From positions 3,904,001 to 3,968,000 of the forward strand of contig CBDEFM010000002.1 in the NCBI GenBank assembly GCA_965237415.1: a stretch of DNA of 64,000 nucleotides. Direction: 5' to 3'. The position numbers and the translations under genes are program-made. How positions within the stretch are numbered: position 1 is the stretch's first letter; the number at the start of each line of letters is the position of its first letter. The stretch is from Alphaproteobacteria bacterium. Its GTDB lineage: Bacteria > Pseudomonadota > Alphaproteobacteria > UBA828. Below the pieces are notes generated by a model. The model was not told where the DNA came from. It ran no database searches and saw nothing but the letters and a program-made list of their open reading frames with translations. Below, one piece after another: positions 30,235-40,902 of this stretch.

Positions 30235-31056
30235 CTAGTGCGGTTTATTGATTGAAGGTTCGATCGAGACCCTACTGCGAAAAACCATTTCACAGTGCTC
30301 TATCTCGCCTACAACCATTCTCCCTGTGGTGACGAATTTATGAGGAATTGTTTTGATATTCTTCAGTACTCGTCTCAGCCCTCGTGTTGACCCTGCGGCC
30401 TCTCGAAATTCATCTAAATTGGAGTCAAAAATCTTATTAGGTTGACACACCAGACCCGGCAAAACTTGTATCGGGCGGAGACTTCTGGCTATTGTACAAT
30501 TACGCACATCGAAAAGAACGTGGTCCATTGGATAAGTTACATTACGACACTCGTTTAGTAGGTAGTGCGCTGACTCCCGACTAACAATATATCCGCAAGC
30601 GCCTGCCACAAACACTGCTATCCGACGCAGTTCTCTTCCTTGGTAAGGCTCCGCGCATACACGACCAAGTAATCGCGCCTTTTTTCCCCAAGTCTCAAGT
30701 TTAACTAGTCTAGCGCCAACGGGCCACCAATCGATGGACTCGATGAACATGGGGAGGTCGTCAGCGAGTTCTGCATCGTCTTCAAGAATAAGGGCCGCCG
30801 GTGCCTCGGAGTCAGATAAAAACATATCGAACGCCTGCAAGTGACTGAGCACGCACGCACCAGCACCGCGATCAAGTTTTATCGAACGAAACGATCCGTT
30901 GAGGCTCACTCGCTCATTCAGTTCCTCGTCTGTGACGGTTCTTGCGTCGACTGCTGGGATTCGATTGGCCTTCAAACCTATCTGGTCCAGATTGGCCGCA
31001 ATAGATCGCAGCCGGTCTGGTCTGCGGTCAAGATTAATTACAAATATGGGAAGCAT
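30235..31056 (-). CDS. Glycosyltransferase family 25 (AT-richer)
   Basis: IFVINLDRRPDR, AVD, CVLSH, ALILEDD, GYIVS. Confidence 0.9.
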   Translation of the reverse strand: MLPIFVINLDRRPDRLRSIAANLDQIGLKANRIPAVDARTVTDEELNERVSLNGSFRSIKLDRGAGACVLSHLQAFDMFLSDSEAPAALILEDDAELADDLPMFIESIDWWPVGARLVKLETWGKKARLLGRVCAEPYQGRELRRIAVFVAGACGYIVSRESAHYLLNECRNVTYPMDHVLFDVRNCTIARSLRPIQVLPGLVCQPNKIFDSNLDEFREAAGSTRGLRRVLKNIKTIPHKFVTTGRMVVGEIEHCEMVFRSRVSIEPSINKPH

Positions 31057-31901
31057 GTCTGTGCCCTGCTTGCCGACCCACTGGGCGCCGGGCCGTTGCA
31101 ATCGTCACAAGCAATTGGTTCCTGCCCATTCGCCAAGCGCGGGGCGCTGCTCCTCGACGGCTCCAAGCTGCTCTATTCAGCAGGCGGCACGAAAGTGCGC
31201 ACACTTTAGCGTTGGCGATTGTGAGCGTGGACGGACTGGCTCAGGCTGTCAACGAGAATGTCTGCGGAATCTTGCGTTCAGCGGTTGGCTCTGCCTGGCT
31301 TGCGCAGGCGTTTCAAGTTCTCGGGTATCGTGACGACCGGCACGGTTGTTTACCTGCCGCTGTGGGTGTTCGTGGCTGAAGTTGTGGAACATTTCGCTGT
31401 GCGCTCATTCGAGGCGAAGTACGCCGACCCGGCAGTGATGGATTGATTCCGGGTGGTCCTCACACGCCTTGCTGCAACCCTTCTCGAATTCGTCAGAGTT
31501 CCGCTCGCCGTGCGGGAATGCGCGGTCAAGGATGGCTCCGGGCCGACCAGTTGGCAGAATTGTTCCGACACAGCCGGACCAAAAATTATGCCGAACTAAC
31601 CTATGGGAGCCGGTCAGTCGGTGATGCCGACCAAGTGCTCCGTCGAGGAGAGCGGTCAAGGAGTGCTCTACATATTACCACAAAGATATATCGATATGCC
31701 GTTTCTGATGCACTCGTTTGCAGTACCACGACGCCAACGAATCCGGGCAGGCCCTGTTCGTCGCTGCGTCAGCGATTGGACGTGTGGTCTACGGCATGCG
31801 GCAAAATTGGTGGCTCGCTCTGATCGTCTCGGTTGCCCTTCTGGTCCCGCTCACGGCTGCGCCGGCCGCACGCGAAGGCGGAAACGCGCGGCGCTAGGAC
31901 G

Positions 31902-32960
31902 ATGCGTATTGCCCAAATCATGCTGGCGCGCCAACTGGGCGGAGGGGAGCAGGTCTTTATCGACCTGTGCGGGGCGGCCGCATCGCGCGGGCATGAGGTT
32001 CTCGCCATCGGTGCGGCGGAAAGCGATGCCATGGACGCCCTCGATCGGCGCTCGGACCTCCAGTGCGCGCGTGTGCGCTGCCACGGCACGTGGGATCCGC
32101 TATGCCGGTGGGCGATCGGTCGCTTGCTGCGGCGATTCGAGCCGGACGTGGTGCAGACCCACATGGGCCGCGCCAGTGCGCTTGGCGGCAAGGCCGCACG
32201 GTCCGTCGGCTATTCGACACTGGCCATGCTGCACACGATGATCGAGTTGAAATACTACCGCACCATCGACCTGTTCGTGCCGACAACGGCGGATCAGGAG
32301 GCTTATCTGCGTAAGAACGGCGTGCCGGCCGATCGCGTCGAGCGCATCCCGCATTTCCGTTCGATGGAGCCGGTTGCAATCGCCAAGGCACCGCGACAAA
32401 CGGACGGCGTGGTCAAGACCCTCGGCCGGTTCGTTCACAAGAAGGGGTTCGATGTTCTGCTGCATGCGGCTGCGCACGCTGCAAAGCAGGGCGCGCCGTT
32501 CAGGCTGGAAATCGGCGGCGACGGACCCGAACGCAATTCGCTGAAGGCGCTGGCCGCTCGGCTCGGGATCGGGAATCGCGTCACGTTCTGCGGTTGGATC
32601 GACGACGTTGCGGCGTTCCTCGCCGATGCCGATCTGTTCGTGCTGCCGTCGAGGATCGAACCGTTCGGCATCGTGGTTCTGGAGGCGATGGCCTGCGGTG
32701 TTCCGATCGTCGCCACGCGCGTCAGCGGCCCGCTGGAAACTCTCGATGAGCACACCGCTCTCCTGGTTCCGTCCGACGATCCGGCGGCACTGGCGGAGGC
32801 TATGATGGCGGTGTTCGATGCGCCCGACGCGGCAGGGGCCCGCGCCCACGCGGCGCTTGCTTCGTTCAAGGCGAACTACGCCGAGTCGGCCGTTATGAAT
32901 CGGTACCTGGTTGCCTGCAGACGTCTCGCGGAGTCCAGCGAAGCGGCCAAGAAGGCCTAA
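31902..32960 (+). CDS. Glycosyltransferase family 4
   Basis: GGGEQ, GRFVHKKGFD, GDGPER, SRIEPFGIVVLEAMA. Confidence 0.92.
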   Translation: MRIAQIMLARQLGGGEQVFIDLCGAAASRGHEVLAIGAAESDAMDALDRRSDLQCARVRCHGTWDPLCRWAIGRLLRRFEPDVVQTHMGRASALGGKAARSVGYSTLAMLHTMIELKYYRTIDLFVPTTADQEAYLRKNGVPADRVERIPHFRSMEPVAIAKAPRQTDGVVKTLGRFVHKKGFDVLLHAAAHAAKQGAPFRLEIGGDGPERNSLKALAARLGIGNRVTFCGWIDDVAAFLADADLFVLPSRIEPFGIVVLEAMACGVPIVATRVSGPLETLDEHTALLVPSDDPAALAEAMMAVFDAPDAAGARAHAALASFKANYAESAVMNRYLVACRRLAESSEAAKKA

Positions 32961-33838
32961 TCCCGCGCGCGCACCGCCGCCGCGTAGTCCGCCATCAGGG
33001 TGCGGGTGATCGGCCCAACCTGGAAATTGTGATCGTCGATCGCGCCGACGGGCGTCACCTCGGCAGCGGTGCCGGTCAGGAAAATCTCGTCGCTCTTCGC
33101 GATCTCGTCGGGCATCACAGCACGCTCGACCACCTCGTAACCGCGCTTTTCAGCGAGCTCGATGACCGTGCGCCGGGTGATGCCGTCGAGGAAACTATCC
33201 GGCGTCGGCGTGTGAATGACGCCGTCCTGGACGAGGAAGATATTGGCGCCCGTGGCCTCCGAGACCCGCCCGCGCCAGTCGAGCATCAGCGCATCGTGGC
33301 AGCCTTCGGCTTCCGCCTCGTGCTTGCTGAGGGTACAGATCATGTAGAGCCCGGCGCATTTCGCCTTCACCGGCGCGGTATCCGGCGCCGGCCGGCGCCA
33401 GCGCGCGGTCTTGAGCTTGATGCCCCGCGTTATCGCATCCTCGCCGAAATACGCCGGCCACGCCCAGGTCGCGATCGCCACGTGGATCGTGTTGTGCTGC
33501 GCCGAGACGCCCATCATCTCGGCACCGCGCCAGGCCATTGGACGCACATAGCCGTCGCCGATGCCAAGCGCCTTGACAACAAGCCTGGAGGCTTCGACCA
33601 GCGCCTCGCAGGTATAGGGGATCTCGAATCCCAGCGCGCTGGCGGAATCCAGAAGGCGTTGGGTGTGCTCCTCGACCTTGAAGATACGGCCGTCGTACAC
33701 CCGCTCGCCTTCGAACACGCAGCTCGCGTAGTGCAGGCCGTGACTCAGCACGTGCAGCTTCGCGTCGCGCCACGGCACGAGCGCGCCATCGAACCAGATG
33801 ACTCCGTCGCGATCGTCGTAGGGGATGAGGTCGGCCAT
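32957..33838 (-). CDS. ilvE: Branched-chain amino acid aminotransferase
   Basis: HGLHYASCVFEG, YVRP, AK..G.Y, EATGANIF, LDGITR, LTGTAAEVTP. Confidence 0.95.
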   Translation of the reverse strand: MADLIPYDDRDGVIWFDGALVPWRDAKLHVLSHGLHYASCVFEGERVYDGRIFKVEEHTQRLLDSASALGFEIPYTCEALVEASRLVVKALGIGDGYVRPMAWRGAEMMGVSAQHNTIHVAIATWAWPAYFGEDAITRGIKLKTARWRRPAPDTAPVKAKCAGLYMICTLSKHEAEAEGCHDALMLDWRGRVSEATGANIFLVQDGVIHTPTPDSFLDGITRRTVIELAEKRGYEVVERAVMPDEIAKSDEIFLTGTAAEVTPVGAIDDHNFQVGPITRTLMADYAAAVRARD

Positions 33839-33911
33839 GGCGCTCACTGATGGTAGGCGGGTGGGCAGAAAGCGGTTGCACTCCTTAGCATCGGCCTGCA
33901 TATAAGTCAAT

Positions 33912-34394
33912 GTGACTGACGTAAAGGCCGGGCCGAATCCGCTTTACCTGCGCGAGGATCAGCTTCACGAGGCGATGGAGCTGCTCTTTTTCGCGTATCG
34001 GGACTTTACGACCGAGTGCGATGCGATCCTGGCGTCCTACGGCTTCGGGCGTGCGCATCACCGGGTCGTCTATTTCGTCGGCCGCAATCCGGATATCTCG
34101 GTTACCGCGTTGTTGGAGATTCTGAGGATCACCAAGCAGAGTCTGTCCCGAGTGCTCGGCCAGCTGGTGCGGGAGGGGTTCGTGACGACCCGGCAGGACC
34201 CTGCCGACGGGCGTCGCCGATTGCTGACGCTTACCGCGAAGGGGCGTAGCCTGGAGGGCCGGCTCTCCGCGACCCAGCGGGCCCGTATTGCCAAGGCCTA
34301 TCGCAGCGCCGGCGGTGTCGCCGTGGAAGGATATCGGGAGGTCTTGATGGGAATCATCGACGAGGCAGACCGGCGCCGCTTCGAACGACCCTGA
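33912..34394 (+). CDS. MarR-family regulator (PetP-like)
   Basis: ELLFFAYRDFT, GRAHHR, LRITKQSL.RVL, DGRRRLL.LT. Confidence 0.92.
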   Translation: MTDVKAGPNPLYLREDQLHEAMELLFFAYRDFTTECDAILASYGFGRAHHRVVYFVGRNPDISVTALLEILRITKQSLSRVLGQLVREGFVTTRQDPADGRRRLLTLTAKGRSLEGRLSATQRARIAKAYRSAGGVAVEGYREVLMGIIDEADRRRFERP

Positions 34395-34440
34395 GGGCGG
34401 GGTGTCGAATCGGCCCAGCCGGCGGGGGGGCGATGCGTCG

Positions 34441-35175
34441 ATGAACGGCGAGAGCGCGGCTGCGGGCACAGCCCGGCGCGAGGCGCCTCCGGCCGAGGCA
34501 GCGCATATTCTGGTGGTGGACGACGACGACCGCCTGCGCACGCTGCTCGGCCGCTATCTGCGAGACAACGGTTATCACGTCTCCTCCGCCAGCTCGGCCG
34601 CCGACGCGCGGGCCAAGCTCGACGGCATGGCCTTTGACCTGATCGTGCTCGACGTCATGATGCCGGGTGAATCGGGCATCGACTTCACGCGCGGGCTACG
34701 CCGCTCGACCACGGTCCCGATCCTGCTGCTCACGGCCATGGGGGAGCCAGAGGACCGCATCGCCGGGTTGGAGAGCGGGGCTGACGATTACTTGACCAAG
34801 CCCTTTGAGCCCCGCGAGCTGCTTCTGCGCGTTGCCACCATTCTGCGACGTACCGCCCCGCCGCCCTCAGCGCTGCCTGCGACGTGCATCAAGATCGGCG
34901 AGTTCCGCTATTTTCCGGCGCGGGATCAGCTTCTGCGCGGCGATGAGCAGGTCCGGCTGACGACGGCCGAGGCCGGCCTCCTCCGTGTCTTTGCCGCCAA
35001 TCTGGGACAGACGTTGAGCCGGCATGCGCTCAGCCAACGGCTCGGCGGAAGCACATCGCGGCGCGCCATCGACGTGCAGATCGCCCGGCTGAGACGCAAG
35101 ATCGAGCCGGAACCCCAAAATCCCTGCTATCTTCAGACCGTCTGGGGCCGGGGCTATGTTCTGCGGGCCGATTGA
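34441..35175 (+). CDS. OmpR-family response regulator
   Basis: VVDDD, LDVMMPG, LTA, GADDYLTKPF, RAIDVQIARLRRKIE, TVWGRGY. Confidence 0.93.
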   Translation: MNGESAAAGTARREAPPAEAAHILVVDDDDRLRTLLGRYLRDNGYHVSSASSAADARAKLDGMAFDLIVLDVMMPGESGIDFTRGLRRSTTVPILLLTAMGEPEDRIAGLESGADDYLTKPFEPRELLLRVATILRRTAPPPSALPATCIKIGEFRYFPARDQLLRGDEQVRLTTAEAGLLRVFAANLGQTLSRHALSQRLGGSTSRRAIDVQIARLRRKIEPEPQNPCYLQTVWGRGYVLRAD

Positions 35176-35205
35176 GCCGCTCCGTCCGCTCCGCGAGGAA
35201 GCGTC

Positions 35206-36534
35206 ATGAGTTTGTTGAGACGTGTCACGCCGCGCGGTCTGTTCTGGCGCTCCTTCCTGATCATGCTGATCCCGCTCGTCCTGGTTCAGGCGACGGTCGC
35301 CTACATATTCTTCGAGCGTCACTGGGATACGGTCAGTCGCCAGTTGGCGATGGACGTCACCGGCGACGTCGTCACCATCATGCGCATGGCCGACGCTGCA
35401 TCGGGCCCCGAAGAGCGCACCGCTATCGATCGAATCGCCCGCAGGGAGATGCAGTTCGGCGTTGTCTTCGAGGATGGCGCGGTTTTGCCCGACGACTCTC
35501 CCAATCGGTTCGACCGCACCATCGACGCGACGCTACACCGGCAGCTCGAGAAGCGCCTCACTGTCCCCTACCATCTCAACACGCAATTGCCCGACAAGCG
35601 GATGACAATTCGCGTCCAGCGACCGGACGGCGTGCTGACCCTGGTGACGACGGTCAAGCGCATGCGGGAGTCGACCACGGTTCTGGTCATTCTGTGGATG
35701 GTGGGCACGGCGATCGTGGTCTCGGCGATTGCGGTCCTTTTTCTGCGCAACCAGATACGCCCGATCCGGCGACTGGCGGCTGCTGCCGACGCGCTGGGCA
35801 AGGGCAGGCCGGTGACCGACCTCAATCCCTCGGGCGCGACGGAGATCCGGCGCGCGGGCGCGGCGTTCCTGGAGATGCAGGGGCGGATCCAGCGTCAGAT
35901 CGCCCAGCGCACCGAGATGCTGGCCGGGGTCTCTCACGATCTGAGGACACCGCTCACCCGAGTGAGATTGCAGCTCGCCATGCTGGCCGATGCGCACCCC
36001 GGCTCGCGTCAAGAGATTACCGAATCCGAGCAAGACCTGCTGCTCATGGAGCACATGATCGACGAATACATGGCCTTCGCCCGCGGTCAGGGCGGGGAGG
36101 CGCCGGTCAGCACCGATCTCGCCGAAATCATCGACGATGTCGCGGGCGATGCGCGCCGCAGGGGCAGCTCCATCGTGCTCGAGGTCGAGCGGCCGCTGAT
36201 CCTGGCTCTCCGGCCGAATGCCATCCGCCGCTGCCTGACCAATCTGGTCGAGAATGCCATGCACCACGGCGCACGGGTCGCGATCAGCGCCACTCGCCGG
36301 GATGACGTCGTCTCGGTCGCGGTCGAGGATGACGGACCGGGCATCCCGGTGGACCAGCGCGAAGACGTGTTCAAGCCGTTCTTCAGGCTGGATAGCGCCC
36401 GCAATCCGCGCACCGGCGGGGCCGGTCTCGGCCTCTCGATCGCACGCGACGTCGCCCGCGGGCACGGCGGCGATATCCGCATGAGCGGCGGCTCGCTCGG
36501 CGGCCTTCGCGCCGAACTTCGACTGCCGGTCTAA
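35206..36534 (+). CDS. EnvZ-like sensor histidine kinase
   Basis: Two TM helices and HAMP; SHDLRTPLTR, NLVENA, DDGPG, GAGLGL. Confidence 0.93.
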   Translation: MSLLRRVTPRGLFWRSFLIMLIPLVLVQATVAYIFFERHWDTVSRQLAMDVTGDVVTIMRMADAASGPEERTAIDRIARREMQFGVVFEDGAVLPDDSPNRFDRTIDATLHRQLEKRLTVPYHLNTQLPDKRMTIRVQRPDGVLTLVTTVKRMRESTTVLVILWMVGTAIVVSAIAVLFLRNQIRPIRRLAAAADALGKGRPVTDLNPSGATEIRRAGAAFLEMQGRIQRQIAQRTEMLAGVSHDLRTPLTRVRLQLAMLADAHPGSRQEITESEQDLLLMEHMIDEYMAFARGQGGEAPVSTDLAEIIDDVAGDARRRGSSIVLEVERPLILALRPNAIRRCLTNLVENAMHHGARVAISATRRDDVVSVAVEDDGPGIPVDQREDVFKPFFRLDSARNPRTGGAGLGLSIARDVARGHGGDIRMSGGSLGGLRAELRLPV

Positions 36535-36562
36535 ACCCCCTCGGCGGATACTGCGCCGGACT

Positions 36563-37210
36563 CTATCCGGCTTCCTCTGCGGGCTGGGTATCGCGCCAGT
36601 CGCGCCTCGGCGCGAAACGGCAGAGAGTGCGCGTGAGCCTGTCGAGGCGTCGCAGCCGCCTGTCGAGCACAGCCATGGTGCGCGCCATGTCTTCGCTGTC
36701 GTCGCGTAGCCAAACTGGAAGCATGGAGAGGTAGAGCGCCGACAGCGCCTTGACCCGAAGCCCGCCTTGCAGGCCTGCGCTGCTCAAGTCGGCAGCTTCC
36801 AGCATCCAGCGCATCGAGCGCCGCAGCGTCAGCGGACCGCACAGGATTGCCTCCGGGTCCGACGGGCAGCTCCGCATGATCGCGCCAACCCCTTCCTTGT
36901 GGGCATTCAGCAGGTCAAAGCGCTTCATGAGGACATCGAACAGGCGCTCGGTAGCCGGGCGCCCGGCCATCTCAGGGTCCCGCACCGCCAGCACCTCGCG
37001 GTCTATGGCCGCGGCATAGGCCGCGACGATGGCGCTCTTGGAAGAAAACGCGGCGCGCAACTCGGCGAGGGAGACCTCCGCCGCCTCGGCGATGTCGCCC
37101 AACCCGACCCGCGACCAGCCGCGGCTCGCGGCCAGTGTCAGGGCACTCTCGATGATGGCCTGAGGCGCGTCCTTGCGCTTGCCGGCCCCCGGTGCAGTTT
37201 TCCTCGGCAT
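36563..37210 (-). CDS. TetR/AcrR-family regulator-like protein
   Basis: N-terminal HTH (LGDIAEAAEVSLAEL..F.SK), ERLFDVLM.RF, DMARTMA.LD. Confidence 0.8.
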   Translation of the reverse strand: MPRKTAPGAGKRKDAPQAIIESALTLAASRGWSRVGLGDIAEAAEVSLAELRAAFSSKSAIVAAYAAAIDREVLAVRDPEMAGRPATERLFDVLMKRFDLLNAHKEGVGAIMRSCPSDPEAILCGPLTLRRSMRWMLEAADLSSAGLQGGLRVKALSALYLSMLPVWLRDDSEDMARTMAVLDRRLRRLDRLTRTLCRFAPRRDWRDTQPAEEAG

Positions 37211-37306
37211 GGTCCTGCGCCTCTTCGCCGCCAGTCCCCGAAGTGTAGGCCGCGGGAAAACCGAGCGTCAACACGGCCGGCGTCGGTGTCTCAGCCGCGG
37301 GTGCGG

Positions 37307-38128
37307 TTAGGCCGGGGCGAGGGCGCGGGAACGTTCGGCGGCGGCGCGAACCGCGCGGCTCATCAGCGGGGCAAGCCCGTCCGTCGCCATCAGGACCGAG
37401 AGCGCGGCTTCGGTCGTGCCGCCCGGACTGGTCACGTTGCGGCGGAGCGTGGCGGCGTCCTCTTCGGATTGAGCAAGCAGCGCGCCTGCACCGCTCACCG
37501 TGCGGTCGGCCAGCGTGCGGGCCAGGTCGGCGGGTAGTCCGGCATCGATGGCGGCTTCGGCCAGGCATTCGGCGAGCAGAAAGACGTAAGCCGGTCCGCT
37601 GCCGGACACGGCCGTCACCGCATCCATGAGGGCCTCGTCGTCGATCCAGGCGACCGCGCCCACCGCCCGCAACAACGCCTCGCAGAGCGCTTGCTGATCG
37701 CGGTCGGCGGCCCGGTTGGCCCAGGCGACGGTCATGCCTTCGCCGATGGCGGCGGGCGTGTTGGGCATGGCGCGGACGATCGGCACAGCACCCAGATCGC
37801 GCTCCAGCAAGCGTACAGGCCAGCCGGCGGCAATCGAGAGGTGAACGGTGTCCGGCCCACCGATGTCGGCGTAAGGGGGCACGACCTGGGCCATCACCTG
37901 GGGCTTGACGGCGTAGACGATCGCCGCCGGGCGCAGCGTGCCGGGAAGCGCGGTGGGCGCCGGAACGCATGTCGCGCCGAGCGGTGCCAGACGCTGAGCC
38001 GTGCCGTCGTCCGGCTCGACGATGGCGAGCCGCGCGGCTTCGAGCGGCCCGCGCAGCCACCCTGCTGCAAGAGCGCTGCCCATCCTGCCGCCGCCGACCA
38101 GGAGGATATCGCCGGAAATCGCCGTCAT
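37307..38128 (-). CDS. proC: Pyrroline-5-carboxylate reductase
   Basis: GGGRMG, AVKPQ, SIAAG, RAMPNTP, TAVSGSGPAY, VTSPGGTT. Confidence 0.96.
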   Translation of the reverse strand: MTAISGDILLVGGGRMGSALAAGWLRGPLEAARLAIVEPDDGTAQRLAPLGATCVPAPTALPGTLRPAAIVYAVKPQVMAQVVPPYADIGGPDTVHLSIAAGWPVRLLERDLGAVPIVRAMPNTPAAIGEGMTVAWANRAADRDQQALCEALLRAVGAVAWIDDEALMDAVTAVSGSGPAYVFLLAECLAEAAIDAGLPADLARTLADRTVSGAGALLAQSEEDAATLRRNVTSPGGTTEAALSVLMATDGLAPLMSRAVRAAAERSRALAPA

Positions 38129-38631
38129 CAGGCTGACCCGCGCGGCTCCATGAGGGCCGCTTCGAACGCAGTTTCGGGCGCGAGCTCCGTCCCGACCACT
38201 TGCTCGAATGCCGGATAGAAGCGCTCGCACTCGCCCACTCCGACCGTCACGAGATCGACGACCTGAGGGTCCTCCACGCCGTCTGTGCCGCGCAACAGCA
38301 GCGCGTGGCGCCACGTTGGCCTGCCTTCCTCGGCCCAGAGATCGAAATGGCCGATCCACAGGCTCTCGTTGATCAGGTTGATCAGGGCGCCGACCGCCCG
38401 GCGCCGGTCGTCCGGGACGCGCATGTCGAATCCGCTGGCGAAATGCAGGACGTCGAGGTCGGCACGGTAGGCGAACCAGAGCTCATAGTCGCACCAGCCG
38501 CCAGCGAACGAGCCCGTGATGTCCTCGTCGCCCATGCGTTCGAACGAGAGACGGCTGGCCATCATGACCCGCTCGACAGCGTCGAGCGCATCGCTCGCCA
38601 GGCGCTCGGAATGTACTAGTGTCAACGCCAT
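38128..38631 (-). CDS. YbjN-domain protein
   Basis: G.WCDY, INESLWIGHFDLW, ECERFYPAF; usual proC neighbour in Alphaproteobacteria. Confidence 0.85.
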   Translation of the reverse strand: MALTLVHSERLASDALDAVERVMMASRLSFERMGDEDITGSFAGGWCDYELWFAYRADLDVLHFASGFDMRVPDDRRRAVGALINLINESLWIGHFDLWAEEGRPTWRHALLLRGTDGVEDPQVVDLVTVGVGECERFYPAFEQVVGTELAPETAFEAALMEPRGSA

Positions 38632-38782
38632 CCCAACTCCCCACCGCTGCGGCGCCATATGCGGTATCCCAACGGAACCACCAGATATGGCGCCAACCAC
38701 AATAGGCTGTGTTGGAGCGCGAGAAAATCCCAAATGTTGAAAATCGGGCGCGACAGCGCGGGGGATTGGATTGCCAGCAGCG

Positions 38783-39340
38783 CTATGTCGGAAGCTGCGG
38801 CGGGGCGCCGCCGGGGAGGGGAATGCGATGCTCGTTCAGCGTCATCGCGATCATCGCGTAGTAGCCGTTGAGCGCCGTGAGCTCCACCACGCCCGCGGGC
38901 CCGAGCAGCGCCAGCGCCTTGTCGTAGGTCTCGTCGCTCACCGCGCGGTTGGTCTGCAGCTCGCAACTGAAATCGTAGACCGTCGCCTCGTCCTCTGCGG
39001 AGAGCGGCGGCGGCCGCCGGTGCTTGATCGCTTCGATCACCGTGTCGGGCAGGCCCGCCTGCGCGGCCTCCGGCGCGTGCCAGTGCCATTCGTACTGGCA
39101 CGACCAGTGGCGGGCGATCGCCAGGATCGCGAGCTCGCTGAGCCTGGGCGCGAGGCTGGTCTGGTAACGGAGGAGGGCGCCCAGCGCCTGGATGCGGTCG
39201 GCGAGCTCGGCATTGTGCAGGAATGCCATGAAGAGCGCCGGCACCGTGCCGCGCGGCCCGCTCTCGATCGCGTCGTAGACGCGGCGCTGGTCGTCCGAGA
39301 GCGACTCGACGCTGGGGAGCGGCAGGCGCCGTTCCGTCAT
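38783..39340 (-). CDS. Carboxymuconolactone decarboxylase/AhpD-like protein
   Basis: [27 protein letters not shown]...GYY. Confidence 0.85.
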   Translation of the reverse strand: MTERRLPLPSVESLSDDQRRVYDAIESGPRGTVPALFMAFLHNAELADRIQALGALLRYQTSLAPRLSELAILAIARHWSCQYEWHWHAPEAAQAGLPDTVIEAIKHRRPPPLSAEDEATVYDFSCELQTNRAVSDETYDKALALLGPAGVVELTALNGYYAMIAMTLNEHRIPLPGGAPPQLPT

Positions 39341-39849
39341 GGTGCCGTTTCCTCGCCTTCCGCCGCCTCGCGCTCGGCGATCGGCGGCACGAAGCGCAGG
39401 TCCGTGTCCCAGGGGAAGAAGATCCACGTGTCCTGGCTGACCTCGGTCACGAAGGTGTGCGCCTCGGAGCGGCCCGCCGGCTTGGCGTAGATGCAGGCGA
39501 AGTGCGCGCGCGGCAGCATCTCGCGGACGATGCGGGCGGTGGCGCCGGTATCGGCGAGATCGTCGATGATCAGGATGTCCTTACCGTCGCCCGCGACCGG
39601 TTTCAGAACTCTCGCCGACCGCTGGTCCTGATGGTCGTAGGAGGAGATGCAGATGGTGTCGACCACGCGGATGTCGAGCTCGCGGGCGACGATCGCCGCC
39701 GGCACCATGCCGCCGCGAGTGACCGCCACGATGCTGCGCCAGGGGCCGCGCTCGGCCAGCCGCCAGGCAAGCGCGCGGGCGTCGCGATGAAGCTGATCCC
39801 ATGAAACGGGGAACCCTTTCTCGAACTTCTCCGTCATCTCGTCCGCCAT
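39337..39849 (-). CDS. gpt: Xanthine phosphoribosyltransferase
   Basis: [42 protein letters not shown]. Confidence 0.95.
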   Translation of the reverse strand: MADEMTEKFEKGFPVSWDQLHRDARALAWRLAERGPWRSIVAVTRGGMVPAAIVARELDIRVVDTICISSYDHQDQRSARVLKPVAGDGKDILIIDDLADTGATARIVREMLPRAHFACIYAKPAGRSEAHTFVTEVSQDTWIFFPWDTDLRFVPPIAEREAAEGEETAP

Positions 39850-39996
39850 CCATCGATGTTGCCATGCCGCTCCCATGCAAGCCGACAACGGGCGGCCGGG
39901 CAAGGGGCGCGCGTAAGTCGCGACACAGTCGACGCAGGAGCCCGCAGGCTGCGCAGCGCCTTTCGATCCGGGCCCGATGCGGGTAAGAAGCGGCGC

Positions 39997-40902
39997 ATGA
40001 CCGACCGAGTGCGGGCGCTGCCGGGCAGCGAAGCCAAGACGCGGGCGCTCCTCGAGGAAGGGCGCTATGTCGCGGACGATGCGCTGGTCAAGACGCTCTT
40101 CCTGAGCTTCGCGCTGGGCCGCCCCCTGCTGCTGGAAGGGGAGGCCGGCTGCGGCAAGACACAGCTCGCCGCGACCCTTGCCGAGACGCTGGGCCGGCGG
40201 CTCCTCCGCCTGCAGTGCTATGAGGGCCTCGACGCATCGGCCGCCGTCTATGAGTGGAACTACGCTGCGCAGATGCTGGCGATTCGCCTGGCCGAGCGCG
40301 GCGGAACCGAGCGCGACGCGCTCGCCGAGGATATTTTCGGCGAGCGCTTTCTGGTCAAGCGTCCGCTGCTCACGGCGCTTGAGCCCGATCCCCTCGGCCC
40401 GCCGGTCCTGTTGATTGACGAGATCGACCGGGCCGACGCACCCTTCGAGGCCTACCTGCTGGAGGTTCTCTCCGAGTTTCAGGTGAGCGTGCCCGAGCTG
40501 GGCACGGTGACCGCTGCCGAGCGGCCGCTGGTCGTCATTACCTCGAACCGCACGCGCGAGGTGCATGACGCGCTCAAGCGGCGCTGCCTCTACCATTGGG
40601 TCGACTACCCCGACGCCGCGCGCGAGAAGGCGATCCTGCGCGCTCGCTTGCCGGGGGTCGAGAAACGGCTGAGCGACAATATCGCCGCCTTCATCGAGCG
40701 CATGCGGAGCGCCGATCTCTCCAAAGTATCGGGGCTGGGCGAGGTGATTGCGTGGTCGAGCGCCGTCATCGAGCTCGACCGGATCGAGCTCGACCCCGAG
40801 ACGATCCAGGCCAACCTCGAGCGCCTGCTGGCCTATCAACGGGGCCTCGCGGAGGCCAGCGGCCGCCCCCCGGGGCCCGTCCGGCCCGCGCCGCGGTCGT
40901 GA
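39997..40902 (+). CDS. MoxR-family AAA+ ATPase (CoxD-like)
   Basis: [46 protein letters not shown]. Confidence 0.9.
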   Translation: MTDRVRALPGSEAKTRALLEEGRYVADDALVKTLFLSFALGRPLLLEGEAGCGKTQLAATLAETLGRRLLRLQCYEGLDASAAVYEWNYAAQMLAIRLAERGGTERDALAEDIFGERFLVKRPLLTALEPDPLGPPVLLIDEIDRADAPFEAYLLEVLSEFQVSVPELGTVTAAERPLVVITSNRTREVHDALKRRCLYHWVDYPDAAREKAILRARLPGVEKRLSDNIAAFIERMRSADLSKVSGLGEVIAWSSAVIELDRIELDPETIQANLERLLAYQRGLAEASGRPPGPVRPAPRS

